From positions 11,842,001-11,906,000 of the forward strand of contig NC_135252.1 in NCBI RefSeq assembly GCF_964204865.1: a stretch of 64,000 nt of DNA. The letters run 5' to 3'. The notes under the pieces are model-generated. The model did not search any database. It worked only from the letters and a program-made list of their open reading frames with translations, and was not told where the DNA came from. Shown in pieces: positions 1 through 13,000 of the stretch (within the stretch, counting starts at the first letter, position 1; every line of letters begins with the position of its first letter). A program made the translations under genes and the position numbers. Source of the stretch: Styela clava. Taxonomy: Eukaryota.

Positions 1-3000
1 TATGGAAAAATCATACCCGTGAGAAAATACAATGCAACACTGGCCTCGCAGATGGCGGCAAAGGGAAAGCTAAATCAAATTAACGATATTTTGAATAACA
101 AAAAAGCTCAAAAAAATGTACCAATGGTGTATTTGAAAAGGCCTTCTAAAGAAATTGTGTTTGCAAACAATTCAAATCCACAGCCGAGTGGGAAAATTGT
201 TCAAATAACGCCGGTACCCCCAGCAGGTGTATTGAGTAATTTACAGCAATCCGATGCGCAAGTGGTGTTTCAAAATATTCCCATCGTTTCTTCAAACACG
301 TCTATTACTCGAAACGAATCTGTTGTATCTCAAATGAGGAATCGAACGCTCGATGGTGAAGTAAAACTCGACAAAGAAGCAACAACTGCGGATGTCAACG
401 GAATGATGGTGAAGCATGAAAAATTAGATTCGGAAATTTCTTCTTTCCCGCAAGAAAGCAATTGCAATGGGTGAGTGAACTAAAAAATATTGGCTTATGT
501 TGGCTAGTATAGTATTCTAAATCGGTGGATGTACCGTAGTTGTTTTTCGAGCGTAAGATCGAGATAAATATTTTTCACCGTTGCTATATCAGGACTTTTT
601 CGGGCACTGCTTAAAGTATAGCATTTGAATCAGAGTTTCTGCTAACTTTCAGCCATTTTTAATAATGTAATACCCTTAAAACTATTTTTCAGACATTCAG
701 AAATGAAAACACTAGAGTGCAATACGGATCAAGCATTTGGGGACGAAGAATTCAACTTCAAAGACTTGAATGAGTTCATGGACCAGTTGCCATCGCCGGG
801 AGAGGGAAATGATGATATAGGATCCCTATGCCACGATGATATTTTAGACGATATGATCCGAGAAGCTGGCGACCCAGAACGCGATTACAATAATTTGCCG
901 ATATCAGCAAATAATAATGCGTTACCAGGCTTTGTTGATGTCACCGAAACAACCAGAGTTTCAACTGAATCTAATTGTGGCGTCGCTAAAGAAAGTCAAC
1001 CAACGCTTCGAGGTGGTTCTCGAGTTCATTCAACAGCTTTATCGTATACTCTTCCGGCAATATCCGCTGTTCACCCTGTTCTACAAGAAGTTGAAAACAT
1101 GATAAAGAGACGAAATGCGTCAAACGAAAACAGAAAAAGAAAAGCGCTATCATCGATTGATTACAATGCAAGGTTTGCGCTATTTTTTCAATAATACAAT
1201 GTCCAGTTTCCTCATCTGCATAATCAGTTGATCTCAGAAATACCAATGACCAACAGCACGATTTCGCCGCATAACGAGTCGATTAATTTCATTTAAACTG
1301 AAATTAATCGCTCAAAATTGCGTCGAATGGGCTACATCAAACATCAAAATGTAGCCTACCATTTTCACACAGCCGTAGAACGATAAAATATTTTGCATTT
1401 AGAAAAATATATTAGCACTGTTAATGGATTCAACTTTTTGTCATATTTATATAAACAAAGACAGATTATATTCAATTATCGCTGCATCTAACATCACTTA
1501 AACCTTCTTTGGTTTTAGAGGTGACAATCCCATTGAAATTCCTAAACCAAAAAGGAAATATACCAAACGCATGGAAGTGAAAGAAGGTGCAGACGAGAAA
1601 TCTTCAGTAATGATTCTAGGACCAACAGCAGCAGCGGCCGCCAAGAATCCATATCATAAACCTCCACTGCCGTACAACATCCTAATCTACCTCGCATTTA
1701 AAGATGCAAAATTTCGATGTTTAACTGTGAAGCAAATTTATAATTTTGTCTTAAAAACTTTCCCGTACTTTACGGAAGCTCATCAGACTTGGCAGGTAAA
1801 CTCGTAATTTATGATTTTGTGTATTTTTTTTTTATATAGAGAGGGATCGTTTTGTTACGTTGTTGTTGCTCTTCTTCGTCATCAAAATTAAAAATTACGC
1901 ACTTTGTGGCGGTTCCGCGTTCGCGGTAGTCTGCTGTGACAGATTCCATACCCGTGCTAGTTCGCTTTGGCCTTCGTGTACATATATTTGAGTACCGCTC
2001 TCTTTTTTGAACTGTCATCAACTGAATGAGTTCATCGCCGAATTCTGAATATTCCGTAATACTCTGTTTCTTGTTTTACAGAATGCAATCAGGCATCAGC
2101 TATGCTGTTGCAAAATTTACGTGAAAGTTCCCCTAGTGGAAACTGAAAATGGGGTTGAGAAGTTGACCGCAAGATCTGCGTGGAAAATTTCAAATGACGA
2201 AAGTATTTCAAAATTAGAGGATGACGCAGTATCGACTATAATGAAGAAAGATACCATGGAAAAGTTGAAACTATCCCTGTTCGATCCTGGTACACATATA
2301 TATATACGGATTTTTATTATACATACTTGTTATTGCAAATTAGAATTACAGAATGGGGTGCCAGAACTGATTACAGGCTTATTTCGGATTTAAACTTTTT
2401 TCGTAGTTTTTCGCATAATTTCATTTCCATATCAATATATATACATGAATGACAAGTAACTGTTTCCTTCAACGTGAAAGTTGCTGAAAAATCAATGAAG
2501 CTTTATGAATTATCAATGCAGCTATGCAAAACGACTCTTCACCATTTAGTCCAAAGCACTTACTATAAAACAACAACAGTCTAATATAGGTTTATGCGAT
2601 TTATTTAATTCAATTGGTTTTATTTTCAGGACAATTTTCAGTATTATTTGGAGACGTTCTCGCCTCTGCTGACGAACAAAGCTTCAGAATAAGCGAAAAT
2701 GCTCGGAACGTTCAATCGTATTGGCAAAATAACTCGGAATTTTGCAGCAACAGTCGTGTGTCGTCTAAAAGCAACAATATGCCGTCGAAGACGAAACGCG
2801 ATCATTCAAAAGTTCAAAAAATGAATAAATCAGAGTCCCAATATTTGAATAACGTTGAAATATCACCCCCTATTTTGTACGATTCCTCTACAGCTGATGA
2901 TGACGACTTGTCTTCGTACCAGGATTTTCCTCTTTTTGAAAGTTTATCGGATTCACCACATAGTTCACCTTTTTTCGATATCTCGCCTAAAACTGTGGAA

Positions 3001-3024
3001 AAGAGTTCAATTTATAATTTTTGA
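1..3024 (+). CDS. Forkhead-box transcription factor, divergent FoxN1/4- or FoxR-like (5' truncated by window edge)
   Basis: Phase-consistent GT-AG exons <1-470, 693-1172, 1519-1795, 2082-2289, 2630-3024. Spliced domain KPPLPYNILIYLAFKDAKFRCLTVKQIYNFVLKTFPYFTEAHQTWQ|NAIRHQLCCCKIYVKV...SAWKI. The intron at WQ|N and the post-domain KLEDD..KKD..LKLSLFDP segment are as in FoxN/FoxR. Acidic Ser-rich tail; AATAAA near 3453. Confidence 0.88.
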
Positions 3025-4724
3025 TATCGCAAAATTCAATTTTCTGATTGTTTTACAACACTAGTGCAATGAATTAAGAATGTGATATCATTCACCAACT
3101 GTATGTATAGTAACATGTTGCTTTTTCTTTTAATTTATTGTCAAAATATAATCATCTATGGCCAAGTATAATTTAGAATGAGTTCAAGGCCAAATCAGGG
3201 CCATAGTTCATATCAGATTTTTATTTATTCCACACCATACTAATATTATTATTGTCATATACAAGAGTCTTTGTAGGCAGCTCTCTTTCAAGTACTCGAC
3301 TTTCGTTTTTTTTTATTCTCTTGTGATTTAATTATGTGCAACAGGTATGACTTGTCATTATTTCTTTTTATTGTACGCTATTTATTACACTTCCTAATAA
3401 TTCATTTTGTCGTGTTTTATACATATATATTATATACGTTTTGTACTTGTCTAATAAAATCCTAAATGATGCTCAATCTAGGGCGTTTCTATTTTTGTAA
3501 AAAAAACTCTCGCTTGCCAGTAAACATTACTGTCTCGCAATGCACCTGTTTATTGTCTGCCATATATACCACAGATCACGTACAAAATAGACCAGATATA
3601 AACCTGGTCAACCAGTTTTCGTGTCAAAAAAATATGGAAAACGTTCAAGTGAATGGTGGATTCATCAAATTCCAGAATTAAATCAGCCTAATAAATTCTA
3701 CGTTTTAAAATCAGTGCCCTGCATTTGCATTAGCGGGTCTCCGTAATACCGAAATGCTATTGATATCCGTGTGAACATTTTATAACGCACGCAAGGTATG
3801 GATTATATAAAGTGAACAAACATGTTTAGGCCGGTTTTACAACTTTTTAACAGCTGATAAATATTTTTTTAAACTTATTTCTAATACTGATGGAACTATT
3901 AAAATTGATAATTCTCGAATTAGTGCAATAATTCTTAAGAATTTATCTTATCAAAGTTTTTACTTAGCTGGCTTATTGCGTCCGGTGTTTCTTAGTTTTA
4001 AAGCTGTTTAACATTTATTATGCCTCCAGGGAGTAACTAATTCGATCAATTTTACTGATAACACGACAATATTGAGGCGTGGCTTCATATAAGTTTTTGT
4101 TTGATTTTCGGGTAGATATTTATATTTTTATGCAAAAAATTACTGAAAGAAAGTTTAGTAGCCCTTATTGAAATGTCGATATTATACTGATAGAAGAATT
4201 GCAAGCTTGATAGAACACCAAAATATATCAATTAACGTAGCACTTTAAGTTCTTACTGCCAGAGAACAGGTAGATTCATGAAGTCGAAAACTTTCTGCAA
4301 TGTTGGAAATAGAGCGAGCTGGTAAACATCAGATACAAGAGACCTCTATCCGAGAATTGAGAATGTAAAACTAACTTTTTTTTTATTCGATTCTATAGTA
4401 TTGCTGCATAATAACACAAATTTATAATCTTCTCCTTCATCGTTATTTTTGCTACAGCATCCTTGTGCAATACGGATCCACTCACGCATAGGCATAGTGC
4501 AAGGGAAGGAAGTTATTCTGATACTTCTGATACTGAACTTTTTTCGTTTATTCTTGTTATATTTTCATTGCACAAACGCGCAATTATATACCGCATTTGT
4601 ATATGTAAGGTTCAACAATTTATTTTATTGAACTTTGACTCTCTTTTTTCGATTTGAATATCCTTGTAATTGCTTTCTTATTGTAGTATCAAGGATTTGT
4701 CATTTAGTATAGGAGTAATCGACA

Positions 4725-7700
4725 ATGCCTACTGTTGAAGAAGACAGCGCATTTGAACATGAATTATGCCACAAAAACGAACTTGTAATAGGTGAAATGA
4801 AAGAGTTCAGTATTAGCAAAGACGATGAAGACACAAAATTACTGTTGGTGAGAAATGAAGACGGTGATTATTGTGCGTTCGGCAATAAATGCACGCACTA
4901 TGGAGCTCCGTTGATACAAGGTGTCATGAAAAATGGTAGAATACGCTGCTCCAGACATGGAGCTTGTTTCAGTTCAAAAACTGGGGATATCGAAGACTAT
5001 CCGGGTTTAGACAGTTTGCCAAAACATAATGTTTATATCAACAAACATGATAAAGTTGTTGTTCATACTACGAAAACGGCATTGAAAACAGAAAAGCGAA
5101 TAAAAACAATGAAAACAGCCATGAAAAATGGTTAGTAGGATTTCTATATATATAATCATTTACCTGGATAATGATATGAAATCTTGGCTTTGTAGCCTCT
5201 GTAGTGTGTGTACCAATGAGTATTCAAAATTGCATTAGATTCTGAAATGTTGTTATTTGCCCACAACTCATAAAATAAATATTATATGCTTTCTTTTCGT
5301 GCACCTCTTGATCAAGCAATTGGCGTTAGACCCAATAATGATTGTGAATATTCAAACTGATAAAAAATCAATTAAGTTATTATTGTGGAGCCGGAGGCCA
5401 ATTGCAGGTGATAAACTAGCCATGGGCATTCTGCCACCTCCCAAACTCCGGAATCCATTGGCATTTGATTATATTTTCTGTTAATTTTTGATTGGGAATT
5501 TTAATACATTCATTCCATTCAACTCTAATTGGATGTTTCCCAGACCCTTGAAACCCGGAAAATTCTTTCTATACTTTACCATTGCAAATTTTTTGGTGCC
5601 TACTTCAAAAGTGGTTTCTCGAGTTCGCATCTATAAACTAGTTTATATGTTTTAAATTTAAACTATCATTTTGATTTGAAACATTTAACAACCTGTCATT
5701 TGAAGTACCGGTAGAAAAGTTTAACCCAGTTTACCACAGCTATGTTAGCCTAATTTTTGATTACAGCAATTACACTAAAACTTCTAAAAAGACAAAATGA
5801 TCACTATTCATTTGATTCTTAATCGAATTTTGGAAACGCAACTAAAAAATAACAAATAGCATGCAAAAACGCGAAAAAGAGATAGTGTTTACAACCATTA
5901 CTGGAAAATCGTTTCAGTGACAAAAGTGTCTGCGCGGCTTCTGAAACGTTTATTGTTACGTCACATTTTTGCTTCTCGCTGGTTGACCAATGTTATGGGA
6001 GTAAACAAGGAAGTCGATGCTAGGGAAAACATTCATTGAATATTTTATATGAAAAGCAAAAATATCAAGCAATTTACTTTAGATGTTAAAGTCGTCATCA
6101 TTGGTGGAGGAGCGTCGGCACTCACGTGTTCAGAAAGTTTAAGACAGCAAGGATTTTGTGGACAAATCATTGTAGTGAATAAGAGTAATTTACTGCCATA
6201 TGACAGGTAATTTCATCTATCAAGTTTTAATTGTAAATTATATGAAACGGGATAAAATATGTATATATAATAGGAATAGTGTATGATAGATATAATGTGT
6301 CTTGTACCCTAAATCAACATTACATTTTTCAAACTTTACGTAGACCAATCATGACAAAAGACTTGAGTGCAAAAATCGATGATATTCTAATGCGGAGCAA
6401 AGATTTTTACAACAATTTTGGGATCGTGTTAAAGCTTGGAACGGAGGTCGTTAATATCAACGCGCATGAAAAGATCATTGAATGCAAAAATAAAGATGAA
6501 ATATCATACGACAAACTATTGATATCTACAGGTGAGCTGAATGAAGGTAGTGAGATGATAATCGCAAAGCGATTTTATTCCAAAGCTTAAGAATTATATC
6601 GGTTAATGCAGCTATCTGATCAATTGGTTATGATGATACAATGCGATTCCTCAATAAGTTAGTTATAGATGGAAATATCCCATTTTCACGCAGTAATGGA
6701 GTAAAGTGCACAGTATGGCCATATTGGCCTATCGCCAATTGCATCTAATTGTTTTGCGAGACTTGTTTGGTCACGTATAGTTTGCCAAAATTGTATCGAT
6801 GATCTCTATATTTGAGTTAGCTAATTGGGGTGTCAGATTCAAGTAGTCCGTGTGTATATATGCATATATATAATACAATAGAATATTGCGCGGTGAAGAC
6901 GATGGAACTCTTGAGAATCATTTCATCCTATAATTCTTAATAACAATTTTTAGGTTTGACAGTTCGAAAACTCGACATTCCCGGTAGTAATCTGAAAAAC
7001 GTGTTTGTAATTGGGACACCCTCTGACTGCAATATTGCCGCAGAACGGGTAAATGTTTAATGATTTATGGATTCATTCAAGCTATTCTACGATGCTGCGT
7101 GCAAATGTTTTGTGTTTCATTATGTGATTAACATTTCAGGCAAGAGGCAAACGAGTTCTCGTTATAGGAGCATCATTTACGGGTATGGAAGTCGTATGCT
7201 TTTTGCGACAAGTATGTAAAGAAATTACTGTTTGTTGCAGAAAAAGTGTTCCATTTGAGCAGGCATTTGGAAAAGAGGTGAGCTGAGTGTATGAATCTAT
7301 CTAAATGCTTTTTACGACCTGTAAAAAGCAATGGAAAACATTTATTCAAATGTCTATCAATGAAATGTCGTAACTGAATCGATTGGATATTCGAGATTCA
7401 TCACCGCAAAGTGGTAATGTACCCGGCAAATTCAAAGAAATTTGAAATTTAAATTTTTTTAATTGTCTTCAAACAAATATTCACCTTCAAGTTCAGTCTT
7501 CTATTATCCCCAATAATACGCACTACAAAATAAAATAATATATAAATTTAAGGAGTTATGGTCATTTAGAATCTTATTTTTATTTTCAACATCCTTCAGT
7601 CAGAATACTGTTGGGATAAAAATGAGATTTTTGATCAAGTGAAAACTTATGCCGATTAATTTCGAAGTAGGTAGGAATGACGTGGTGCAATTTATATGTA

Positions 7701-9348
7701 TAATCTTCTATTATTTTTCTTTAGGTCGGAGCTGGACTTCAGAAACTACATGAAAATCGTGGAGTTAAATTTCATACTAAAAATGGCGTCGTAAAAATTG
7801 TTGGCAAAGACGTAGTAGAAGGAGTTATATTGGAGAATGGTTTGTTGGTTGAAGTGCGCATTTGATTCATATATCCCATATAAAATAAAGTTTACGCCTG
7901 AAATGTACCGTTATTTGTACCTTTATCTGCGACGTACATAATTTAATTTAGAAATGGACAGTAATAAACTGTCGAATTGTTCATTATGAAATTATGAAAA
8001 TCTATGAAGTTGATGATACGACATTTCCTAACTCATCTGCATAAGAATGGTATTTTAATTACTACCAGACAAATGAATACAGTTTTAAAAAACGTTTTGT
8101 TCGCATTTATGCAGGTGGATGTTGTTGTTGCGGGAGTTGGTGCAACGTTGAATACCGGATTTTTAAAATCTTCGAGTCTTCAAATTGACAGAGAGGGCTT
8201 TATCGTAGTCAATAAATATCTTCAAACAAATCTACCAGACGTCTATGCTGCTGGTGCGGCCGTTCGATTTCCACTACGGTATACTTTATGGCTTTATGCT
8301 ATTCAAAATTGAACATCACAAAAATAGTAAAAACGATTGCGTTCTATTAAATGTATTTCTTAAAACCGGCACATTCCGATTTATTATTTCAATCAAGAAT
8401 TTCTTCGCAAGTATATTACTGAAAAATTGACAAAATCCATTATGAAGAAAACACCTCCGTTAAATTTAAGATATGTTTCTAAATATGAATTAATTGGCCA
8501 ATCTGGAACCTTGTTTACTATTTAGATATTACGGTGGAAAGCTTGTAAACGTGGAGCATTGGCAAATGGCCCATTATCATGGGAAAATAGCAGGTTTAAA
8601 CATGTCAGCATCAGTGCAAGAACCTGAAACGAATTTTCAAAACTTTCATTTAGTCGATTCAATTCCGTTTTTCTATACTGAACAATACGGAATGGAAATA
8701 CAATATGCTGGTAAGCTAATGATGGTGGTCTTCCTTTTAGTTTATTACATCTCATTAAAAAGCCTAACGTTATACGAATAAAAATATAGACAAACACATC
8801 CCCTTACTGGTTTAGCGTTCTTGCGAAGTAGTCCTACCTTCCATAAGAAAGTTCATCTTCTGGTAAAATGCCTGACTTGAAATTATGTTGGACGACAAAT
8901 CCCCCCTTTTACTCATTGTCACGCTGTCAAGATATGGCCTCTGCTTATACAGTCTGCCACTGATGCAAATAATTTCATTAATTTAGAATTTACTTCGGTT
9001 TACCAGTTCAGATTGTGTAGATTCTACGCTCGCGTTACTTTGCCCCTTTCGCTTTAATTCGTTACTTCAAGCAAACTTATAAATTTCAGTATGGATAGTA
9101 AGTAACGTCAATCTTATTACGAACTAACTGAGAATTTATTATTACAGGATATGGAGAAGACCACGATGAAGTAATGATTCATGGTGACATCGCCAATGGA
9201 AAATTTTCCGCATTTTTATTTCAAGGAAAATAAATTAGTTGCAGTCGCGGCAATGCAGAACGCAAACATCGCGGCCATAGTAGCCGAAAAACTACTGGCC
9301 GGGGAAAACATTGAAAGGTGGAATTTGTCGCAGTTACCATTTGAATAG
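4725..9348 (+). CDS. AIFM3: AIFM3-like Rieske 2Fe-2S + FAD/NAD(P)H oxidoreductase (1-bp frameshift in last exon as assembled)
   Basis: Exons 4725-5130, 6083-6206, 6344-6531, 6954-7048, 7140-7277, 7725-7853, 8115-8278, 8526-8710, 9148-~9348. Motifs: Rieske CTHYGAPL...CSRHGACF, VVIIGGGASA, PYDRP, GASFTGME, VEHWQMA, IPFFYTEQYG. An extra T in the 9213-9217 run gives a stop at 9231-9233. The 3' end is uncertain. Confidence 0.9.
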
Positions 9349-10013
9349 TATGAAAATATATATGTAATCCAGGTAATGTTTCCAAAATCGAAGGAGAACT
9401 CGTCATAAGATCACCAAAGAAAGTGACATTGGCAGGCTTTTATCAAGAACGTGCATGCGAAATAATACTAAACATTGCGCTACTAATGGTGGCGGTCTAA
9501 TAGCCTATAAGCCCTTTATTACAAATCACCACAGTATTTTAGCTTTCGATTGTCATCATTCTTATGATTAAATCAAAACAATTTGCATCATCAGTCAACT
9601 GAAATACGTCAAAAAACTTTATAATTTTTTGAACATATTAGCATGATATTTGATAGATAAATGGGTTTCTTTTCTAAATGACTTTGTTCATATGAATTTT
9701 TAATCACGAAGATGATTAAGATTGAGCTTGAACAGCTAAATCTTTTCACAATAATGATAAAATGTGTTTCGATCAATATTCTGTATTTAATTTTTTTTTA
9801 ATAATAACCTGAGTTGTGACAAAGAAAAGGAATATGTAAGTATCTAACGTAATAACTGAAACATGTATATATGTAAAGAAAAAAGTTAATAATATCAATA
9901 GTCCAAAAGTAAGCTCCATTGTTACTAAAGATATGAACATGCTCTTGGGTTCGCTGATGCCCGTATAGAAATTAGAAACATTTTTCTACCAAGCGAGTCA
10001 TCTTAGTCCAACT

Positions 10014-13000
10014 TTAGCAATGATTTTCATCCCGGTATATTTGAAGAACATTCTCATATGCATCCATGTATTCCTGATATATCATTTGGTTACGATGCCA
10101 TGCGGCATGGAGCTGGTCGTAAGCTGAAAGAAGTGAAGAAGAAGTTTGAGTTTTATTATATTATGACTTTTAAACACGGCACCAATGGAACCAATTTAGA
10201 AGATTGACCCAGACCGGTACTTTATAAACGCAAAACACAAATAAATGCCGTGTATCGGCAACATCATGAATAAATAATTGTCACAAATTTGCATCTTATT
10301 TTACTATCTGTGACCTGCTACACACCTGTTTCCTAAATGATGTCTTACAAAGTTTTATTTCAGCAAAAAAGATAATGGAGTGTATTTTCTAAATCTAGGC
10401 TAACTTAATCATCAAATATTATATTTTGCTATTGTCACTAGAAAGATATTACTTTTAGTTTATTTCAAAATTTCTGTGGGCTCGATGTCATTCATTTTTT
10501 ATGTACGATGACGTCATCAAATTAAAAATTGCGCACTAGAGGTGGTTCTGCGTTTGCGTACGCCTAGTCACTTTGGCGTACGCGAACGTTGCTATCGGGT
10601 GGTCAGCTGAAGTTGCGAAGACTGCAGTACCGCCCGCGTGTATATTTGAGCACTGCTTTCTTGTTATTAACCCTTATACTATTATCTATAATATTTACCT
10701 GATGAAGCATATCATTGGGTGAGGTAATATAAATGGGCAGGTGAAATGAAAGAAAGACAAAATCCTTTATTGACTTACCTGCATATCTTCCATCAGTACA
10801 TATACAAGAGTTGCAGCCGAGAACGTCTATTTCACATTCAAGTGCTGTTGAATTTTGGCAAGTTATTTCTAAGTGAGGACATTTCATTTTGAACATGGGA
10901 TTATCCCAAAAAGTAGTTGATGATCCATTTGTTGAGCACCCGCTGTCATGCCTGAAAAAAGCTTATATTCAAAACCTATATTCATGAAATTTAAACTATA
11001 ATAGAGAATATAGAAAAATACGTACCACCACTTGTCCATCAGCATCTTCCAACGGTATGTTTTGCACTTCCAATTATTTAATGAGCATGACCACGCCTCT
11101 GACACGTCGCATCTTCTATTTATGTGTAATGGAGGACATTTCCGCGTGCAAAATGAGAAGTCTGAAAATGACGTTATAGTTGTTTATGATCACATGATTG
11201 CCTCTAGAGCAGTGGTTCCCAAACCTTTTAAAAAAAATTCCATGACGGATCCCTCGCAATTTTTTTAATGATTCGCGGCCTTGTGCACTAAAATGAAACG
11301 TTAGAAGATCACAACAAAAAATCAGTGCGCGTATGGTATAGTGAAAAACACCTCTTTCCCACCTGCTCTCGCCAACAAACGGGCCAAAAGGCAGCTTCAG
11401 CTATACCTCTGCAGTTTGTCGGCTTGTAATGGCATCAATTGAACTCACTCTGTGATATCACAGGCCCACAGCTCTGTGACATCACAATGGGGCATCGGGT
11501 TCGAAACAGAAAGTGGGGAATCAGTGTCCCCAGCAGTGGTTGCTAAGAGGACAAAGCACTCAATATTTCTATTATCGAACTATGTGCCATATAACAGATT
11601 TTTTTCGCGGACCCTCCGAAAGTGCTTCACGGACCCCAAAAGGTCCGCGGACCCCAGTTTGGGAACCACTGCTCTAGAGCGTTACGAGAAAAATACTCAT
11701 CCCGTCAAAATTAGTTAAATATACTTGTTTTTGAGTCATTGCCGATCCATGCCCAGCGATGTCAAAATATATCTACAGTGGTGGCAATCCGTGCTTTTGC
11801 GGAATAGGTTCAAAAACCACAGATCTGAAATACTATTTTTATGATATATACTAACAGCCTTACAATTTCAGTGATAACGCTATTGTGCTGCGAGTGGATA
11901 ATGCCCTCTTTTTCACATTATTAAGCTTTTCTCGGAAAGTCCACCTCAGAAATCAATTTCCCTTTTCCTTCGGCCTTTGTAAGACATAATTACTTCTATA
12001 TCAAAACGTGATTCGCGCAGATACATGCGTAATTTGGGAAGCTAGTTTACAGAGTTTTTAAATCGGCGACCGTGAATCCGTTTCGTGCGGCTGCTAGAAA
12101 TCCTTGGAGTCCGTGAATTAAGTATATACATTCTCTTTATAACAGACGGCCTTACGAATTTGAATAGAACGTGAAAACCGTCGGCAGACTTCAAACACTC
12201 CCTGACATAATATGATGAGCACTTAGTTGGGCATTTTAGTTCCAAAATACCAAATAAGCCATCGAATACCAGTCACAAAACGCAGGAAATTATACCGGAT
12301 CCCGGATAGATGAATTATTTGTTTGATATATTTTTGGTGAACAACATTTGAATAAGATTATACGGCAACTTGAATAATTTTACACCAACAGCTCTTTTTC
12401 TATCAGCAACATTGCATCATTTGTCGTTGTGGATACGTATCATATATGCATAGATTTTTAATAGAGTAATTTTCAGCTCAAACTATCCAGTAAATAAGAT
12501 CTAACGACACGTGCACAGGAAAACAAACAAAATTTCCGAAACGCCAATTTGAAAATATAATGCAACATTATTGCATTCATAGACTTGTGAGAACAAAGTT
12601 CTGTCCAGTTGATCAAGTAAGGTGCATTAATGGCAAGAATACCTCAACATAATTCATTCAAAAATTAATAATCAAGGTAAATACCTTCACATTCATGCCG
12701 GAGTATACATCTATCATCGTCTATGCTTTTTAATACATAACCTTCCGGACACACGCATGGATCATCACTGCAATTTGTTGTGTTGCATTTTGGGAATGGG
12801 TCAATGCAAGTCGGCGGACAAGAAGGAGCACACTGACTTACTACTTTCGAATCGTTGCACGTTTTTGAACCTGCAATGACAATACTTTTAATTGTGGTAA
12901 AACCGCTCATACGAGTTTTAATCCTGAGACCAACAAGCTCAGTGCAACTGCAATTAAAAGGGATGTATTCCTTCACTTACAGTACTATATTCACCTAATT

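Noticed and set aside
11725-11824. Selenocysteine read-through of two in-frame TGA codons
   Set aside because: That frame does not match the incoming splice phase and no SECIS was recognised; a frameshift or exon skipping is simpler.
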